From the IMG/VR virus record IMGVR_UViG_3300032931_000293: DNA of 64,000 bases; one strand, written 5' to 3'. Each line of letters opens with the position of its first letter. Positions within the stretch are counted from its first letter, which is position 1. The position numbers and the translations under genes are program-made. This DNA is from an uncultured virus (IMG/VR IMGVR_UViG_3300032931_000293). Its lineage: Duplodnaviria > Heunggongvirae > Uroviricota > Caudoviricetes. This document shows positions 39,767-49,922 of this stretch, piece after piece. Under the pieces are notes generated by a model. That model was not told the origin of the DNA. It searched no databases and was given only the letters and a program-made list of their open reading frames with translations.

Positions 39767-40240
39767 TTATTCCTCAAATAGTCTAACTGTATTATGTAAT
39801 ATAGATAATAATTGTGGGTCTATATTGAATCGTTGTGAGTTTATTTCTAGGCTTTTCAAGATATTTCCGTCCCTATGTTTCCGTGTAGCCGCTTTCCAAT
39901 CACAAATCATCTCAATTATATCCACCAAATTCATATCCTTTATTCCATCTTTAAAATGCTCCGGATGATGTCTATTAACCGCATAATGATGATCTAGTGC
40001 CGGTTTCATCTCTTCCAAGAATTTTTTATACTCATCAGAACCATAAGTTGATTTAGATAATTTGGGAGTATATGTAGCGAATAATTCCACTTCTGGGGAG
40101 TCCATTTTAGATGTATCATGGTTATTACCACGATCTTCAAGTTTCTTAATGATTAGATTAATATATTCCCTAACCATCTTGACATGCTTCAATACTTCTT
40201 GGTTAGAATCAAACTCTTCGGTTGTTAAATTAGTTTTCAT
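39767..40240 (-). CDS. DUF5662 (HD-like) protein
   Basis: HDTSK, HHYAVNRHHPEH, EMICDW. Confidence 0.8.
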   Translation of the reverse strand: MKTNLTTEEFDSNQEVLKHVKMVREYINLIIKKLEDRGNNHDTSKMDSPEVELFATYTPKLSKSTYGSDEYKKFLEEMKPALDHHYAVNRHHPEHFKDGIKDMNLVDIIEMICDWKAATRKHRDGNILKSLEINSQRFNIDPQLLSILHNTVRLFEE

Positions 40241-40572
40241 TAATGCAATCCTAATAGTGGGTTATTGTCAATCATTTTAGTAGTTAATTCTTTAATTTTA
40301 ACTACCTTCCATTTCCATCCGTCCGTTTTAAGTTCTACAACGTAGAATATATCACATTTCATATCATTAATTACATCTTTAAGTATATGTTCAATTTTGA
40401 AATGCAATTCGCACATAGAATAGGTTGATACATGACGAGCTTCAACTATAGACTCTATTCTAATACAATATTCTTTCTCGGTTTGCTTATTATCACAATC
40501 AATAAACTCATCTTTATATGTAGTTACGATTATCTTTTGTGCTTTTTGATGTTTCTTATCGCCGTAGTGCAT
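40240..40572 (-). CDS. Hypothetical protein
   Basis: TTTTGGA-class promoter, RBS. Confidence 0.55.
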   Translation of the reverse strand: MHYGDKKHQKAQKIIVTTYKDEFIDCDNKQTEKEYCIRIESIVEARHVSTYSMCELHFKIEHILKDVINDMKCDIFYVVELKTDGWKWKVVKIKELTTKMIDNNPLLGLH

Positions 40573-40606
40573 ATTTTATTTCCTTTTCACTATAATAATT
40601 CCAAAA

Positions 40607-41353
40607 TCAATAAAGTCTATTTATTTCCAAGCATCTTTCGGATGTATATTTAGCATAATCTACGGGTGCCAACCCATAATTCCCAAGGGCATATCCATCA
40701 TTTACCTCCATTAATAGAGTTTTTCCGGTGTCGTTATCAATACCAACATCAATTGAATAAAAAATAGCATTAACTTTTGATAAATTTGCCATTCTTTCTA
40801 TATCTTGTACCGGAGTTTCAACTTTCCAATTATCCCCAAAATATCTATAGCAATCTACTACTTTACCCTTATAGATATATGCTCTAAATTCCGCACCAAA
40901 GTTTATACACTTTGATACATAAACATCTATGTTGTTGCTACAATTAGTTTTAGAATCAAACTCGTTTTCAGTTAAACAAGTAAATCCCGTAAATAGTTTA
41001 TTAGTCACCGGTTTAACAAAATATATGCTTCCAAATTGTTCATTTTCTTGAAGAATCTTTCTAAAATTTTTTAATGCCATCTTCCTAATGCTTCTACCAA
41101 AATACTCTCTTAATTCTTCTGGATAATTGGGAATGCAAGGATCGGATATTTTAAGTTGCTTCCAAATGTATTGGCACAATTGAACATGCCCGGCAAAAAT
41201 ATCATCTTTAGTTATTTGAGTTCTATTAGTGTATATATCATTACTAGAAACTAATTTAGTTTCGTAACATAAATTCAAATATCCGTCATAAAGATCTAAT
41301 TGATCTCTATCACGAATTTGACCATCCGAATCCGTTAATACAAATGCTCTCAT
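40607..41353 (-). CDS. ATP-grasp protein (DUF4343/R2K-like)
   Basis: YPEELREYFGR, FVKP...KLFTG, EFR, IDVG, EVNDGYALG. Confidence 0.8.
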   Translation of the reverse strand: MRAFVLTDSDGQIRDRDQLDLYDGYLNLCYETKLVSSNDIYTNRTQITKDDIFAGHVQLCQYIWKQLKISDPCIPNYPEELREYFGRSIRKMALKNFRKILQENEQFGSIYFVKPVTNKLFTGFTCLTENEFDSKTNCSNNIDVYVSKCINFGAEFRAYIYKGKVVDCYRYFGDNWKVETPVQDIERMANLSKVNAIFYSIDVGIDNDTGKTLLMEVNDGYALGNYGLAPVDYAKYTSERCLEINRLY

Positions 41354-41589
41354 TTCTTTCTCCAAGCCCAATCAATTTCATCAATGAAGTGCCAAGGACA
41401 ATGTGCCGGATTAAACTTATCCACGGAAACTTCTAATAATTTCCCATTAATATCAATTAATTTAAATATTTTTAAATTATCTTTATATAATATTTCCTTA
41501 ACCCAATATTTTTCAATAATTCTTCCCTCTTTAAAAATAACTTTATCGTCTACTTTAATATTATGATATGTTTCCGTGAATGTGTTCAT
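41350..41589 (-). CDS. Hypothetical protein
   Basis: RBS, packing. Confidence 0.5.
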   Translation of the reverse strand: MNTFTETYHNIKVDDKVIFKEGRIIEKYWVKEILYKDNLKIFKLIDINGKLLEVSVDKFNPAHCPWHFIDEIDWAWRKK

Positions 41590-41600
41590 AATAATTCCTT

Positions 41601-42074
41601 TTATTTAGTTGCAATAACCCAAATGAAATATTCATTTGTGTTAGTTTTTATCCAAGTACTAACTATCCTAGCATTTTCAATCGTTCCAAGTGTTTCTAAT
41701 TTTGTTGTACTATCAACATACTCAACCCCGTCACCGGTTGAATAATCTTTAAATAGACTTTTTATTTTAACTTTTCTAGATTGACAAATTTCATTAATAG
41801 CATACTTATAAGCACTTGCATTGTATTCAGTAAAAGGCACATCCATTTTGGCCGAGCCAATTCCGGCTTCATATTTTCCACCCATAGTAGGATCAAATAT
41901 CCAATTAGGCATATATGTGCCCTCGTCACTCCATGCAGTTTTATAATTATTCATTTTTGGTTTAATATAAACCATTACTTCTTCATCATTTGGATCAAAT
42001 ATATTTGGCGAGTTTTGCCTAGTAGAACATCCACAAAAAGTAATTAGTGCTAATAATATGATTATATTGGGCAT
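41601..42074 (-). CDS. Lipoprotein (LPP20-like)
   Basis: Signal peptide with FCGC lipobox; P.W, GIGSA. Confidence 0.55.
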   Translation of the reverse strand: MPNIIILLALITFCGCSTRQNSPNIFDPNDEEVMVYIKPKMNNYKTAWSDEGTYMPNWIFDPTMGGKYEAGIGSAKMDVPFTEYNASAYKYAINEICQSRKVKIKSLFKDYSTGDGVEYVDSTTKLETLGTIENARIVSTWIKTNTNEYFIWVIATK

Positions 42075-42102
42075 ATATATTCCTTTCCATGCCCATTATA
42101 AA

Positions 42103-42360
42103 CTACATAACTACTTTGTCAATCTTAAAACTTTCCCATATAGATTCTATTATTATCATTGATGCATCATCGGCATGAATAATTTCAGATTTTTCGTTAA
42201 TTATTTCATATTCCCATAGTTTATATTCATTTCTTATGTGTCTACCTATTGTGTGATGCTTAGATATTAATCCGGATTTATTTGTTAGGGCCAATTCTCT
42301 TAACATATTAATAGGTAATTGAATATCATTAATTAATTTTTCCAATTTTATTTGTTTCAT
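42103..42360 (-). CDS. DUF6794-like protein
   Basis: H..IG..IRN...LW and HADD.S..II motifs. Confidence 0.6.
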   Translation of the reverse strand: MKQIKLEKLINDIQLPINMLRELALTNKSGLISKHHTIGRHIRNEYKLWEYEIINEKSEIIHADDASMIIIESIWESFKIDKVVM

Positions 42361-42908
42361 TTTCTATTCCTTCTAATAGAATTGCTATCAAAATATCCAA
42401 TTCTATTATTAAAAATCATTTCTTTTTTATGATCAAAAATCAAATCTTTAGTTTTTTCTTGAAACGCTTCCCAGTTAATTTCTACTTTTTTATCACCCGG
42501 AAATCTTCTAGAATTATTTTTATACTTATTATGTTCACCGACATACTCTTCAAAAAAAGATTGTCTTTTCAAAAGTATATCCATTCCTTCTTTTGAAATG
42601 TCATATACATAATAAAATCTAATAATATCATAATCCAATCCGGGTTCGTCTTCCGCATCATTCAAATCTGGCCTATCTATTTCCGGTTCGTAATAAGAAA
42701 ACCACATTTCACTCATAACATTCCACTCTTTTACGTTTTGTTCATGCTTTCCTATCATTAAACTACTATTAATTTGTTCAAAGTAAACATTATAACCCCC
42801 AATATCTCCAACTCCCGTTATCATTCCATCATAGTAATTTATATGGAATAATATATTTAAATTATCTATATAACCCCGTGGTCCTTTATACATTTTAATA
42901 CCTTTCAA
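42357..42908 (-). CDS. Hypothetical protein
   Basis: YYDG..TG motif; packing. Confidence 0.55.
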   Translation of the reverse strand: MKGIKMYKGPRGYIDNLNILFHINYYDGMITGVGDIGGYNVYFEQINSSLMIGKHEQNVKEWNVMSEMWFSYYEPEIDRPDLNDAEDEPGLDYDIIRFYYVYDISKEGMDILLKRQSFFEEYVGEHNKYKNNSRRFPGDKKVEINWEAFQEKTKDLIFDHKKEMIFNNRIGYFDSNSIRRNRK

Positions 42909-43016
42909 GTTCTATTGAGAATATCCAAACATTTAAGCAATAGAATGTTATAGAATCGTATGTTTCTTTATATATTCCAAAACGCATTCTAAAATCCGGT
43001 CCATAGAATCTAATCT

Positions 43017-43259
43017 TCATTTGAAATATTCCAAATTACTATATTTAAAATCAACGAGAGTATCTATTAAGGTTCCCCATTTATCTCCTTGTATATTACT
43101 TTCATTAACAACGCAAGTTAATTCTGGGTTTTTATTATATGTGATAATAAGATTTCTATTAAACATTTTTTCATTATATTCATACTTCCAAGAAAAGCCC
43201 CATTCCTCACAAAGTTTTATAAATGTTAAAGATTTACCTCTATTCTGAATATCAATCAT
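43017..43259 (-). CDS. Hypothetical protein
   Basis: ATGA overlap, RBS. Confidence 0.5.
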   Translation of the reverse strand: MIDIQNRGKSLTFIKLCEEWGFSWKYEYNEKMFNRNLIITYNKNPELTCVVNESNIQGDKWGTLIDTLVDFKYSNLEYFK

Positions 43260-43717
43260 TTTATTTCCTTTCTAACTTCCATTAATATCTTTCCTAAATT
43301 ATTACTTCCAATTCCTTTAACGGTTCCAAAAAATCCATCGTACCACCAATTACATTCTTCTAAATGTGCATTCCCGGTTCCAAGTAATACTTCTCGTGCT
43401 ATAGGACATTCACTAAATTTAACTCTTAATATATCTCTCATTATGTAATATCTACTCAAATCCCATGATGCTTTTATAAATCCGGAAACTACTTGGCCAT
43501 TATCTTTTGCTTCCCTCGGTGTCATTTTAGAGAAACTTTCCCATTTATTTGGTGGAGCCTTCATGGCTTGATAAGCATTCTCGCTTGATGGCCAAGCCAC
43601 ACCTTTATATGTAAATGGTTCTATATGAAAATTTGATAATGGCCTATGGGCCTTAAAAAACCCCATAATTTTATGGGGTAAGTTTGCTTCGTAATTGGCC
43701 AAAACATATTCTCTCAT
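43256..43717 (-). CDS. NADAR (YbiA-like) hydrolase
   Basis: LSNF, SSENAYQAMK, W...RY.IM..IL..KF, LLGTG, G.NNLGKILM.VR. Confidence 0.88.
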   Translation of the reverse strand: MREYVLANYEANLPHKIMGFFKAHRPLSNFHIEPFTYKGVAWPSSENAYQAMKAPPNKWESFSKMTPREAKDNGQVVSGFIKASWDLSRYYIMRDILRVKFSECPIAREVLLGTGNAHLEECNWWYDGFFGTVKGIGSNNLGKILMEVRKEIK

Positions 43718-44025
43718 TTAATCCCTTTATTATGCCCATAATTCCTCAACAACTCTGTTATCTTTATTATTTGTTTACCATTTAATTGTCTTAATGCTAG
43801 ATGATGCCTAATCTTCCATTCTTCAATAAATTCATAACCATTACCTTGATTGAAAACGGATAGAAAGTAATTCTTGTGAATGGCTCCTATTACTCTATTA
43901 CCTAAAAATACTTGAAGACTTTCCGAATCTGCCTCTTTTAAGTGTAGTTTTTCTACTGGTTGATACTCAGGATATGACCATTCCGTATTTACCGAGTCAT
44001 CTAATTTCCAATTAATCTTAAGCAT
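43714..44025 (-). CDS. Hypothetical protein
   Basis: TTTTGGA-class promoter, GGAG RBS. Confidence 0.55.
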   Translation of the reverse strand: MLKINWKLDDSVNTEWSYPEYQPVEKLHLKEADSESLQVFLGNRVIGAIHKNYFLSVFNQGNGYEFIEEWKIRHHLALRQLNGKQIIKITELLRNYGHNKGIK

Positions 44026-44058
44026 TGTATTTCCTCCGATACTATTATATTTCCAAAA

Positions 44059-44478
44059 CTACTTCATTCCTCTCATTATTACTCTTCCAATTAATTGATA
44101 GTATTTGTTCTTCTCTCTATTTGTTAGTTTATCTAAATCAACTTTACCATCTACTCCAAGCAACTCCATCATCTCTTTTGTTAACATTCTTTCGCCCTTC
44201 TTCCATCCAACCACTCTATCTTTTTGGAATCTAATCCATTTCTCCCTAAATTTCTTATCTCTTTCGTCTACAATTTCAAATGTTATATCCGTATTTGGAA
44301 TAGTATGACAATGATCCTTCATCAATTCCTCATATGTTCCATATTTCCTTGACTCTAAAATTTTCCATTGCTCTTTTTTATTTTTAAATTTTTCTTCGTC
44401 TTCGTATTGAGTTGTATATAACTCATTAGTTGCTTCGCAATGTCTTAAATATAAATGCCACGGACCCATACTCATCAA
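44059..44478 (-). CDS. Hypothetical protein
   Basis: Packing. Confidence 0.55.
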   Translation of the reverse strand: MMSMGPWHLYLRHCEATNELYTTQYEDEEKFKNKKEQWKILESRKYGTYEELMKDHCHTIPNTDITFEIVDERDKKFREKWIRFQKDRVVGWKKGERMLTKEMMELLGVDGKVDLDKLTNREKNKYYQLIGRVIMRGMK

Positions 44479-44660
44479 TATTTCTCCTCATTTAATAGTT
44501 TATAAACTTTTACTTCTGTTATTTTTCTTCCGCTTTCTTCCATAAGGCATTTCTTTTTATAGAACTCTACCTTTTCATTTACTTCTTCGTCTAAACATTC
44601 AATTGGTAGAACCCCCTTTGATATGTTTCCACGTTCCCAAAATATTTTTATTAATGCCAT
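44475..44660 (-). CDS. Hypothetical protein
   Basis: Packing. Confidence 0.5.
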   Translation of the reverse strand: MALIKIFWERGNISKGVLPIECLDEEVNEKVEFYKKKCLMEESGRKITEVKVYKLLNEEKY

Positions 44661-44663
44661 AAA

Positions 44664-44849
44664 TTATTCCTTTATAAGTTTCTCTAATTCTTTCAAGAAA
44701 ATGTATCCGTGCATAAGTATAAACTTCTCGTATTCCTTATTAGCATCATCATAATTAATGCTATGTCCTTTTGAATCTAATGGGGACTTTCTACGACTTA
44801 ATTCTAATTCCAAGCCTCTTTTAATCAACTCTTGGTTTATTATACTCAC
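44664..44849 (-). CDS. Hypothetical protein
   Basis: Packing. Confidence 0.5.
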   Translation of the reverse strand: MSIINQELIKRGLELELSRRKSPLDSKGHSINYDDANKEYEKFILMHGYIFLKELEKLIKE

Positions 44850-45505
44850 TAAATTAAATCCTTATACTCAATTCTTAAATATTCTTCAACTATATCTTTA
44901 ACTATATTCGGGTCTAATTTCCCGCCAGACATCTTCATAACTTTTCCAACTATTTGAATGTGCTTACCATCAAAACCACCACAAGGATGCACTCCAATAT
45001 CTCTTAATGCTCTATTAATATATTTTATTATATCTATCTTACTAAATTGTTCCGTTTGTATCATTCCTTTAGAACAAAAATACTCGTAAGCATCATCAAA
45101 GTTGCTATTAATGAAATCTGCCAAATACTCAATAAGGCAAATATCGGATACACATTCTCTTCTGCACAACTTGATAAATGATTTCATTTTATTTCTATAA
45201 TCTGTATTTAAATCGTTAATAGCATTGTCAACCAATTTATCAACTATATTACCGTGCTTTGTTAAATCAACTTCTTCATCTAATTCGTCTTGGGTATAGA
45301 CTTTAGCCTTTCCAATATATGCTTCTTTCCATCCAAGAGAACAACTATCATATGCAAAATCAATTAAAGCCTCGTAAGCCTTAATATAATCTATCAAAGC
45401 ATCTTCTTTGGTTTTACCAAATCCATACACGGGACCATCAGCATCTTTAGGAGTAAATGAAACTATCCATTCGTTACTAGTATTCACCCATTTAAAGTTT
45501 ATCAT
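44849..45505 (-). CDS. Composite protein: HicB-like N-terminus, GatB/Yqey-like C-terminus
   Basis: GFGKTKEDAL at N-terminus; VGKVMKMSGGKLDP at C-terminus. Confidence 0.45.
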   Translation of the reverse strand: MINFKWVNTSNEWIVSFTPKDADGPVYGFGKTKEDALIDYIKAYEALIDFAYDSCSLGWKEAYIGKAKVYTQDELDEEVDLTKHGNIVDKLVDNAINDLNTDYRNKMKSFIKLCRRECVSDICLIEYLADFINSNFDDAYEYFCSKGMIQTEQFSKIDIIKYINRALRDIGVHPCGGFDGKHIQIVGKVMKMSGGKLDPNIVKDIVEEYLRIEYKDLI

Positions 45506-45771
45506 TTTAACTCCTTTAATTCATTAACTTCTTTAAATATAATCCCATTCCACACACATACATTCTTGACTAATTGTACGTCCAAAGGAACTTCCTTTCC
45601 ACTAAAGTCTTTACTATATAAATGATGATTTAATATACACTTATGAGAGTTAATATCAAGAATATTAAATCCCTTTGGAGTTACTTTAATGAATCTTACG
45701 ATTCTACCACTATCGGTTATGTATAATTGACCTAACTTAAAAGATCTATAATAACCTTGAAAATAACTCAT
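45502..45771 (-). CDS. Hypothetical protein
   Basis: Packing. Confidence 0.55.
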   Translation of the reverse strand: MSYFQGYYRSFKLGQLYITDSGRIVRFIKVTPKGFNILDINSHKCILNHHLYSKDFSGKEVPLDVQLVKNVCVWNGIIFKEVNELKELK

Positions 45772-46130
45772 TGCTTAGGAACAATACAAAATGCTACAAC
45801 TTGCTCAACTTCTACTACCCCGTTATGAATTTCACCAATAACATTTGGAGTTACTTCAAAGTGCTTGCTTTCTATAAGTTTTTCAAACATGTCACCGTTA
45901 CAAGGTCCTACTTCTATTACCATCCTACCTTTTTGTAATTCACAATTAGTTACCAAACCCATTATACTATCTAATGATGTATTTGGTGATATCTCGTTTG
46001 TAACATAACAAGTTTTATTCTTAGCCTTTTCATTGAATAACTCAACCATCTTCTCTAAAGACTCCTTTGAGTAAATTCGATTGTTTCTAGTTGGCTTATC
46101 TGCTTCTATACAATCAATGAGTATTTTCAT
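45768..46130 (-). CDS. Truncated T4 gp21-like prohead-protease homologue, probably inactive
   Basis: EADKPTRNNRIYS.E.L matches the gp21 N-terminal motif; no GExxHP or GxSSR. Confidence 0.5.
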   Translation of the reverse strand: MKILIDCIEADKPTRNNRIYSKESLEKMVELFNEKAKNKTCYVTNEISPNTSLDSIMGLVTNCELQKGRMVIEVGPCNGDMFEKLIESKHFEVTPNVIGEIHNGVVEVEQVVAFCIVPKQ

Positions 46131-46271
46131 TTCTAACCTCAACATAAGTTACAAATGACTCAAATAAACATTTAAGTTGTTTCATTCGTGCTTCATCTTT
46201 AGGACTTTCAACTACTTTATCAATAAAGTACTTCAAATCCGTTGCTTGTATTAACGTAGTGTTTTCCATAA

Positions 46272-46805
46272 TCATTTCTCCTTAATTGTTAATTTTTGAC
46301 TAATTGTATCTAAAACTTCTAATCGTGCCATCTTCTCACCAACATAATATGCTAAATTAGTATATGCCTCGTTGTTAATCGTAATAACTAACTTAGAACA
46401 AAAATCAAAATTAGTATCATCTTCAAATGTTATTAAGTTCTTCCTAATTTCTTTTAGTGTAATATGATATGGAGATTCTACTAATGAGTCAAAATCAAAG
46501 GATTTAATAGGATCATAGTCTTCATCATTAACATTCATACATATACAACTACCTTGACCAATCATTAATTCAATGGTTATCCCATACCCACCATACTTCA
46601 TAAAGAACTTATATGTAGGAAATGAAGTTCCGTCAATATGAATCCAGTTGTCTTCAACTACTTTGGATCTAACAATAGACTTAAAAGACTCTCTAAATCC
46701 TTTAGGGAATTTTTCTAGGAAATAATGTAATTGTTCTTCGTCTATTTCTTTATGCTCTAAAAGACAAGGAAGGACAACTTCTAAATGAGGAATTAATGAT
46801 TTCAT
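46272..46805 (-). CDS. Hypothetical protein
   Basis: ATGA overlap. Confidence 0.55.
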   Translation of the reverse strand: MKSLIPHLEVVLPCLLEHKEIDEEQLHYFLEKFPKGFRESFKSIVRSKVVEDNWIHIDGTSFPTYKFFMKYGGYGITIELMIGQGSCICMNVNDEDYDPIKSFDFDSLVESPYHITLKEIRKNLITFEDDTNFDFCSKLVITINNEAYTNLAYYVGEKMARLEVLDTISQKLTIKEK

Positions 46806-47125
46806 TTTATAAGTTCCATGAGGCTTTTTGCCCAATTCTTTGTTGAATCCCGTGATACTTCGGCACAATGAATGTCTATTTTACTCATTACTATTGTTTT
46901 TAATTTTGTGTCCCAATGTTTAGAACAATCAAGATGATGTTGGGCTTGGTCTTTAATAGTTTTCTTGGACACTTCTAATATATATACCTCGTCCGATGAA
47001 GCATAATTTCTATCATACATAAACTTTTTTAATGCCTCTTTTTTATTTTTAGCCTTAATATATCCTATAGAGTGGCACACGTTCTTATCAACTTCAAATC
47101 TATGGTGTGTTTGGTAATATTTCAT
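46802..47125 (-). CDS. Hypothetical protein
   Basis: ATGA overlap. Confidence 0.55.
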   Translation of the reverse strand: MKYYQTHHRFEVDKNVCHSIGYIKAKNKKEALKKFMYDRNYASSDEVYILEVSKKTIKDQAQHHLDCSKHWDTKLKTIVMSKIDIHCAEVSRDSTKNWAKSLMELIK

Positions 47126-47400
47126 TTCAACATCTCCTTGAGTCTTTCTATTTTGAATTTAATCCTTTCCTCTACTTTATCCTCTCCAACTATAATACTC
47201 ATTTGTCGCATCATTATAGTTACATCGGCAACTTCGTCAATTATGTTATTAAGTTCCTCTATTCCGACTTTTTTGGATCTACGAAACTTGCAAATAGCCT
47301 TAATTAACTCCGAACACTCCTCTATTGCCATATCTTCCTGTGCTTTACCACCCCAAGTTTGCAAAGCCTTTAAGAAAATCTTGTCATATTCTTTAAGCAT
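47122..47400 (-). CDS. MazG-like NTP pyrophosphohydrolase
   Basis: IEECSEL..AI.K..R and DEVADV. Confidence 0.75.
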   Translation of the reverse strand: MLKEYDKIFLKALQTWGGKAQEDMAIEECSELIKAICKFRRSKKVGIEELNNIIDEVADVTIMMRQMSIIVGEDKVEERIKFKIERLKEMLK

Positions 47401-47857
47401 CTTTCAATTCCTTATCAAGTTCTTTTCTAATATATCTAATATGTTCAATTAGCCACGCAATAGAATGTTCCGCATAATCTTGCTGAAGGGCGAAAATTTC
47501 ATAGGATTTCTTGTCTTCACCTATCATATCTTTAAGTCTATAAGAATATTCTAAATAAACTCTCGGGACTCTCAATTCTAACTCTTCAATGCTATACACA
47601 CTTATCTTTACTTCGGAAATTACATCCTTCGGTATGCTATTCTCTTTAAGTAACCTCAAAGCAAATTCCGACCACTGCTTACTAGCCTCAAGTTTTCTAT
47701 CAAGTATCTTTCGGTGTACATTACACTTCTTTTCTCTTTCAACTTTAAGTCTATCTTCAATAGACTTAAAATATTCCTGGGAAATTGGCTTATCCCCAAA
47801 AGGTATTTCGTCTTCTTGTATTATCGCTTTCTTTTCCCCAATTAACCATTTAAACAT
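47393..47857 (-). CDS. Hypothetical protein
   Basis: TTTTGGA-class promoter, AGGAG RBS. Confidence 0.55.
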   Translation of the reverse strand: MFKWLIGEKKAIIQEDEIPFGDKPISQEYFKSIEDRLKVEREKKCNVHRKILDRKLEASKQWSEFALRLLKENSIPKDVISEVKISVYSIEELELRVPRVYLEYSYRLKDMIGEDKKSYEIFALQQDYAEHSIAWLIEHIRYIRKELDKELKDA

Positions 47858-47900
47858 AATATATCTCCTTTAAGTTATTATAATGTACTTCCAAAACTAC

Positions 47901-48806
47901 TCAAGTCAATTTACTTTCAAATTTATCTAGTATTTTATAAATTAATTCTTTATTACATACGTTTTCTATCCATATACTTGGAATATTACCAAAATAAATT
48001 CCTGCTAATCCTCCGGTAATAGCCCCGTTAGTATCAGTATCCTCACCCAAATTAATAGCTTTTAATACGGCTTCCTCGTAACTTGTACTAGTCTTCAAAC
48101 ACCATTGAGCTACTTCTATACCGTGAACCACATATCCAGTTGAACGAATATAAGATCTAGAAACTACACGACTATCAAATACTCCAACCAATTCTTCCAC
48201 TTCTCCATAATATCTATTAATAGCATTGTTAGCCAATTCAAATGATTCGTCTAACTTCTTACCATTATAAATGTTTACCGCTACTAAACAATACCAAGCA
48301 CAACATAGTTGACTTGTAATATGCCCGTGAGTCCATTTAGAAGCCTCCATCGCCTTATTAATAATGTCTAATTCCGAATTATTAACATTTGAAAGTGCTA
48401 TTGGTAATATTCTCATAAGTGAACCATTACCATTTGAATCTACTTCCGTTAATCCGCAATCTATAGGATTAATTCCAAGATGCTCCGAAAACTTACTAAT
48501 AGCTTGACCAGTCGTAGCTCCAACATCAAATACATCATTATGGGCGGTGTATTTCCCGTCGTATAACCAATCAACAAATTTACACATTATTCCATAACTA
48601 TCTTCGCCTTTAGCCAACCCATCCATAGTAGCCAATGTTAAACTAGTATCATCACTCCAAGTTCCTATTGGTTGCTTATATGTACCATTACCCATCATAC
48701 ATGTAACGGGATTCTTATCTAAATAATCCCTTGATTTAAACTCTACAGGAACACCCAAAGCATCACCAACAATTAATCCTAATATAGCATCTTTAATCTT
48801 AGACAT
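47901..48806 (-). CDS. ADP-ribosylglycohydrolase (DraG/ARH family)
   Basis: GDALGVPVEF, WSDDT, GNGSLMR, THG, GEDTDTNGAITG. Confidence 0.92.
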   Translation of the reverse strand: MSKIKDAILGLIVGDALGVPVEFKSRDYLDKNPVTCMMGNGTYKQPIGTWSDDTSLTLATMDGLAKGEDSYGIMCKFVDWLYDGKYTAHNDVFDVGATTGQAISKFSEHLGINPIDCGLTEVDSNGNGSLMRILPIALSNVNNSELDIINKAMEASKWTHGHITSQLCCAWYCLVAVNIYNGKKLDESFELANNAINRYYGEVEELVGVFDSRVVSRSYIRSTGYVVHGIEVAQWCLKTSTSYEEAVLKAINLGEDTDTNGAITGGLAGIYFGNIPSIWIENVCNKELIYKILDKFESKLT

Positions 48807-48807
48807 C

Positions 48808-48960
48808 TTATCTCCCCTTGGTAATGCTAGGAAGTATCTCAACTCCACCTTGAGAATGTATTACTAATACCGTAATACCATTAGTATTGTACTCAGGCTT
48901 ATAACGATCCTCCCTATGAACACATCCACATAATATTAAACTAATTAAAAGTAATCTCAT
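48808..48960 (-). CDS. Small lipoprotein (not in ORF track)
   Basis: MRLLLISLILCGC lipobox; AAGGA RBS. Confidence 0.45.
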   Translation of the reverse strand: MRLLLISLILCGCVHREDRYKPEYNTNGITVLVIHSQGGVEILPSITKGR

Positions 48961-49145
48961 ATTTCCTTCTTATAATCTCGTAAGGCTTTAAGTATGTCAT
49001 TAACCTCTTCAAATGATCTAGGAATAATATTATATTCAATCCTATCACCATTGGCAACTTCTATACCATTCATAAATGCGTCAGATCTACTTTGACCAGT
49101 ACGAAGATACTTTGAATCATATCCACTATTATCATCTAAACTCAT
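48957..49145 (-). CDS. Hypothetical protein
   Basis: GGAGG RBS before ATG 49145. Confidence 0.5.
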   Translation of the reverse strand: MSLDDNSGYDSKYLRTGQSRSDAFMNGIEVANGDRIEYNIIPRSFEEVNDILKALRDYKKEI

Positions 49146-49179
49146 ATTATTTCCTCCAAGACATATAATAATTCCAAAA

Positions 49180-49398
49180 TTACTTAAAGCAACCACCCTT
49201 ACAACTAATACGACCACATAATGGACATGACCCCATAGATTCCTCTAATGGACAATCGGAAGGTATATCATATACGTCTTTATAACCTTCGCCAATTACT
49301 CTATTTAACTTCATACATGTATGATGATATCCATAATACTCATTATCAAAATGTGGACAATCATCACAATGAGTTATTATACATATTCTATTTGACAT
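49180..49398 (-). CDS. Cys-rich small protein
   Basis: CDDCP, IPSDCPL, CPLC. Confidence 0.55.
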   Translation of the reverse strand: MSNRICIITHCDDCPHFDNEYYGYHHTCMKLNRVIGEGYKDVYDIPSDCPLEESMGSCPLCGRISCKGGCFK

Positions 49399-49401
49399 AA
49401 A

Positions 49402-49920
49402 CTATCTCCTATAAGTTACTTCTAATGACGGACCATATCCTAATTCTACTTTAGGCAACTTCCCCTTATACTTCAATGACCTCCTAATCTCATTCTTCTC
49501 CTTCTCAAGAATCTTCCACATCATATACCCCTCCCACCAAAATGGATCATTAGTAACCTCTATATAACAATCAGTACCACTTTTATATAATTCAAAATAA
49601 CTATACATCCTCTCCCGTAACTCCTCAAACTCCTTCTTAATCCATTCATTATTTAAAAAATCCCTAAACATATCGTCCTTCTCTAAAAATGGACCCAATT
49701 CCTTGTAATCACTACCAGGAAAATAACAACTATCTAAAAAATTCTCCAAATGTGTGTAACCACTATTCTTGCTATGAAATATACAATATGGCTTGCTATC
49801 CCTATATACTATCCTATGCCTATCCTTTAATGCTCCCTTTATATTTTCTGCTTCATACAAAGCAACCCCACCTAAATCACTTATAAGCTGCTCACAAGAT
49901 ACTTCATTAAAATAAAACAT
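49402..49920 (-). CDS. Hypothetical protein
   Basis: Packing. Confidence 0.55.
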   Translation of the reverse strand: MFYFNEVSCEQLISDLGGVALYEAENIKGALKDRHRIVYRDSKPYCIFHSKNSGYTHLENFLDSCYFPGSDYKELGPFLEKDDMFRDFLNNEWIKKEFEELRERMYSYFELYKSGTDCYIEVTNDPFWWEGYMMWKILEKEKNEIRRSLKYKGKLPKVELGYGPSLEVTYRR

Positions 49921-49922
49921 CT

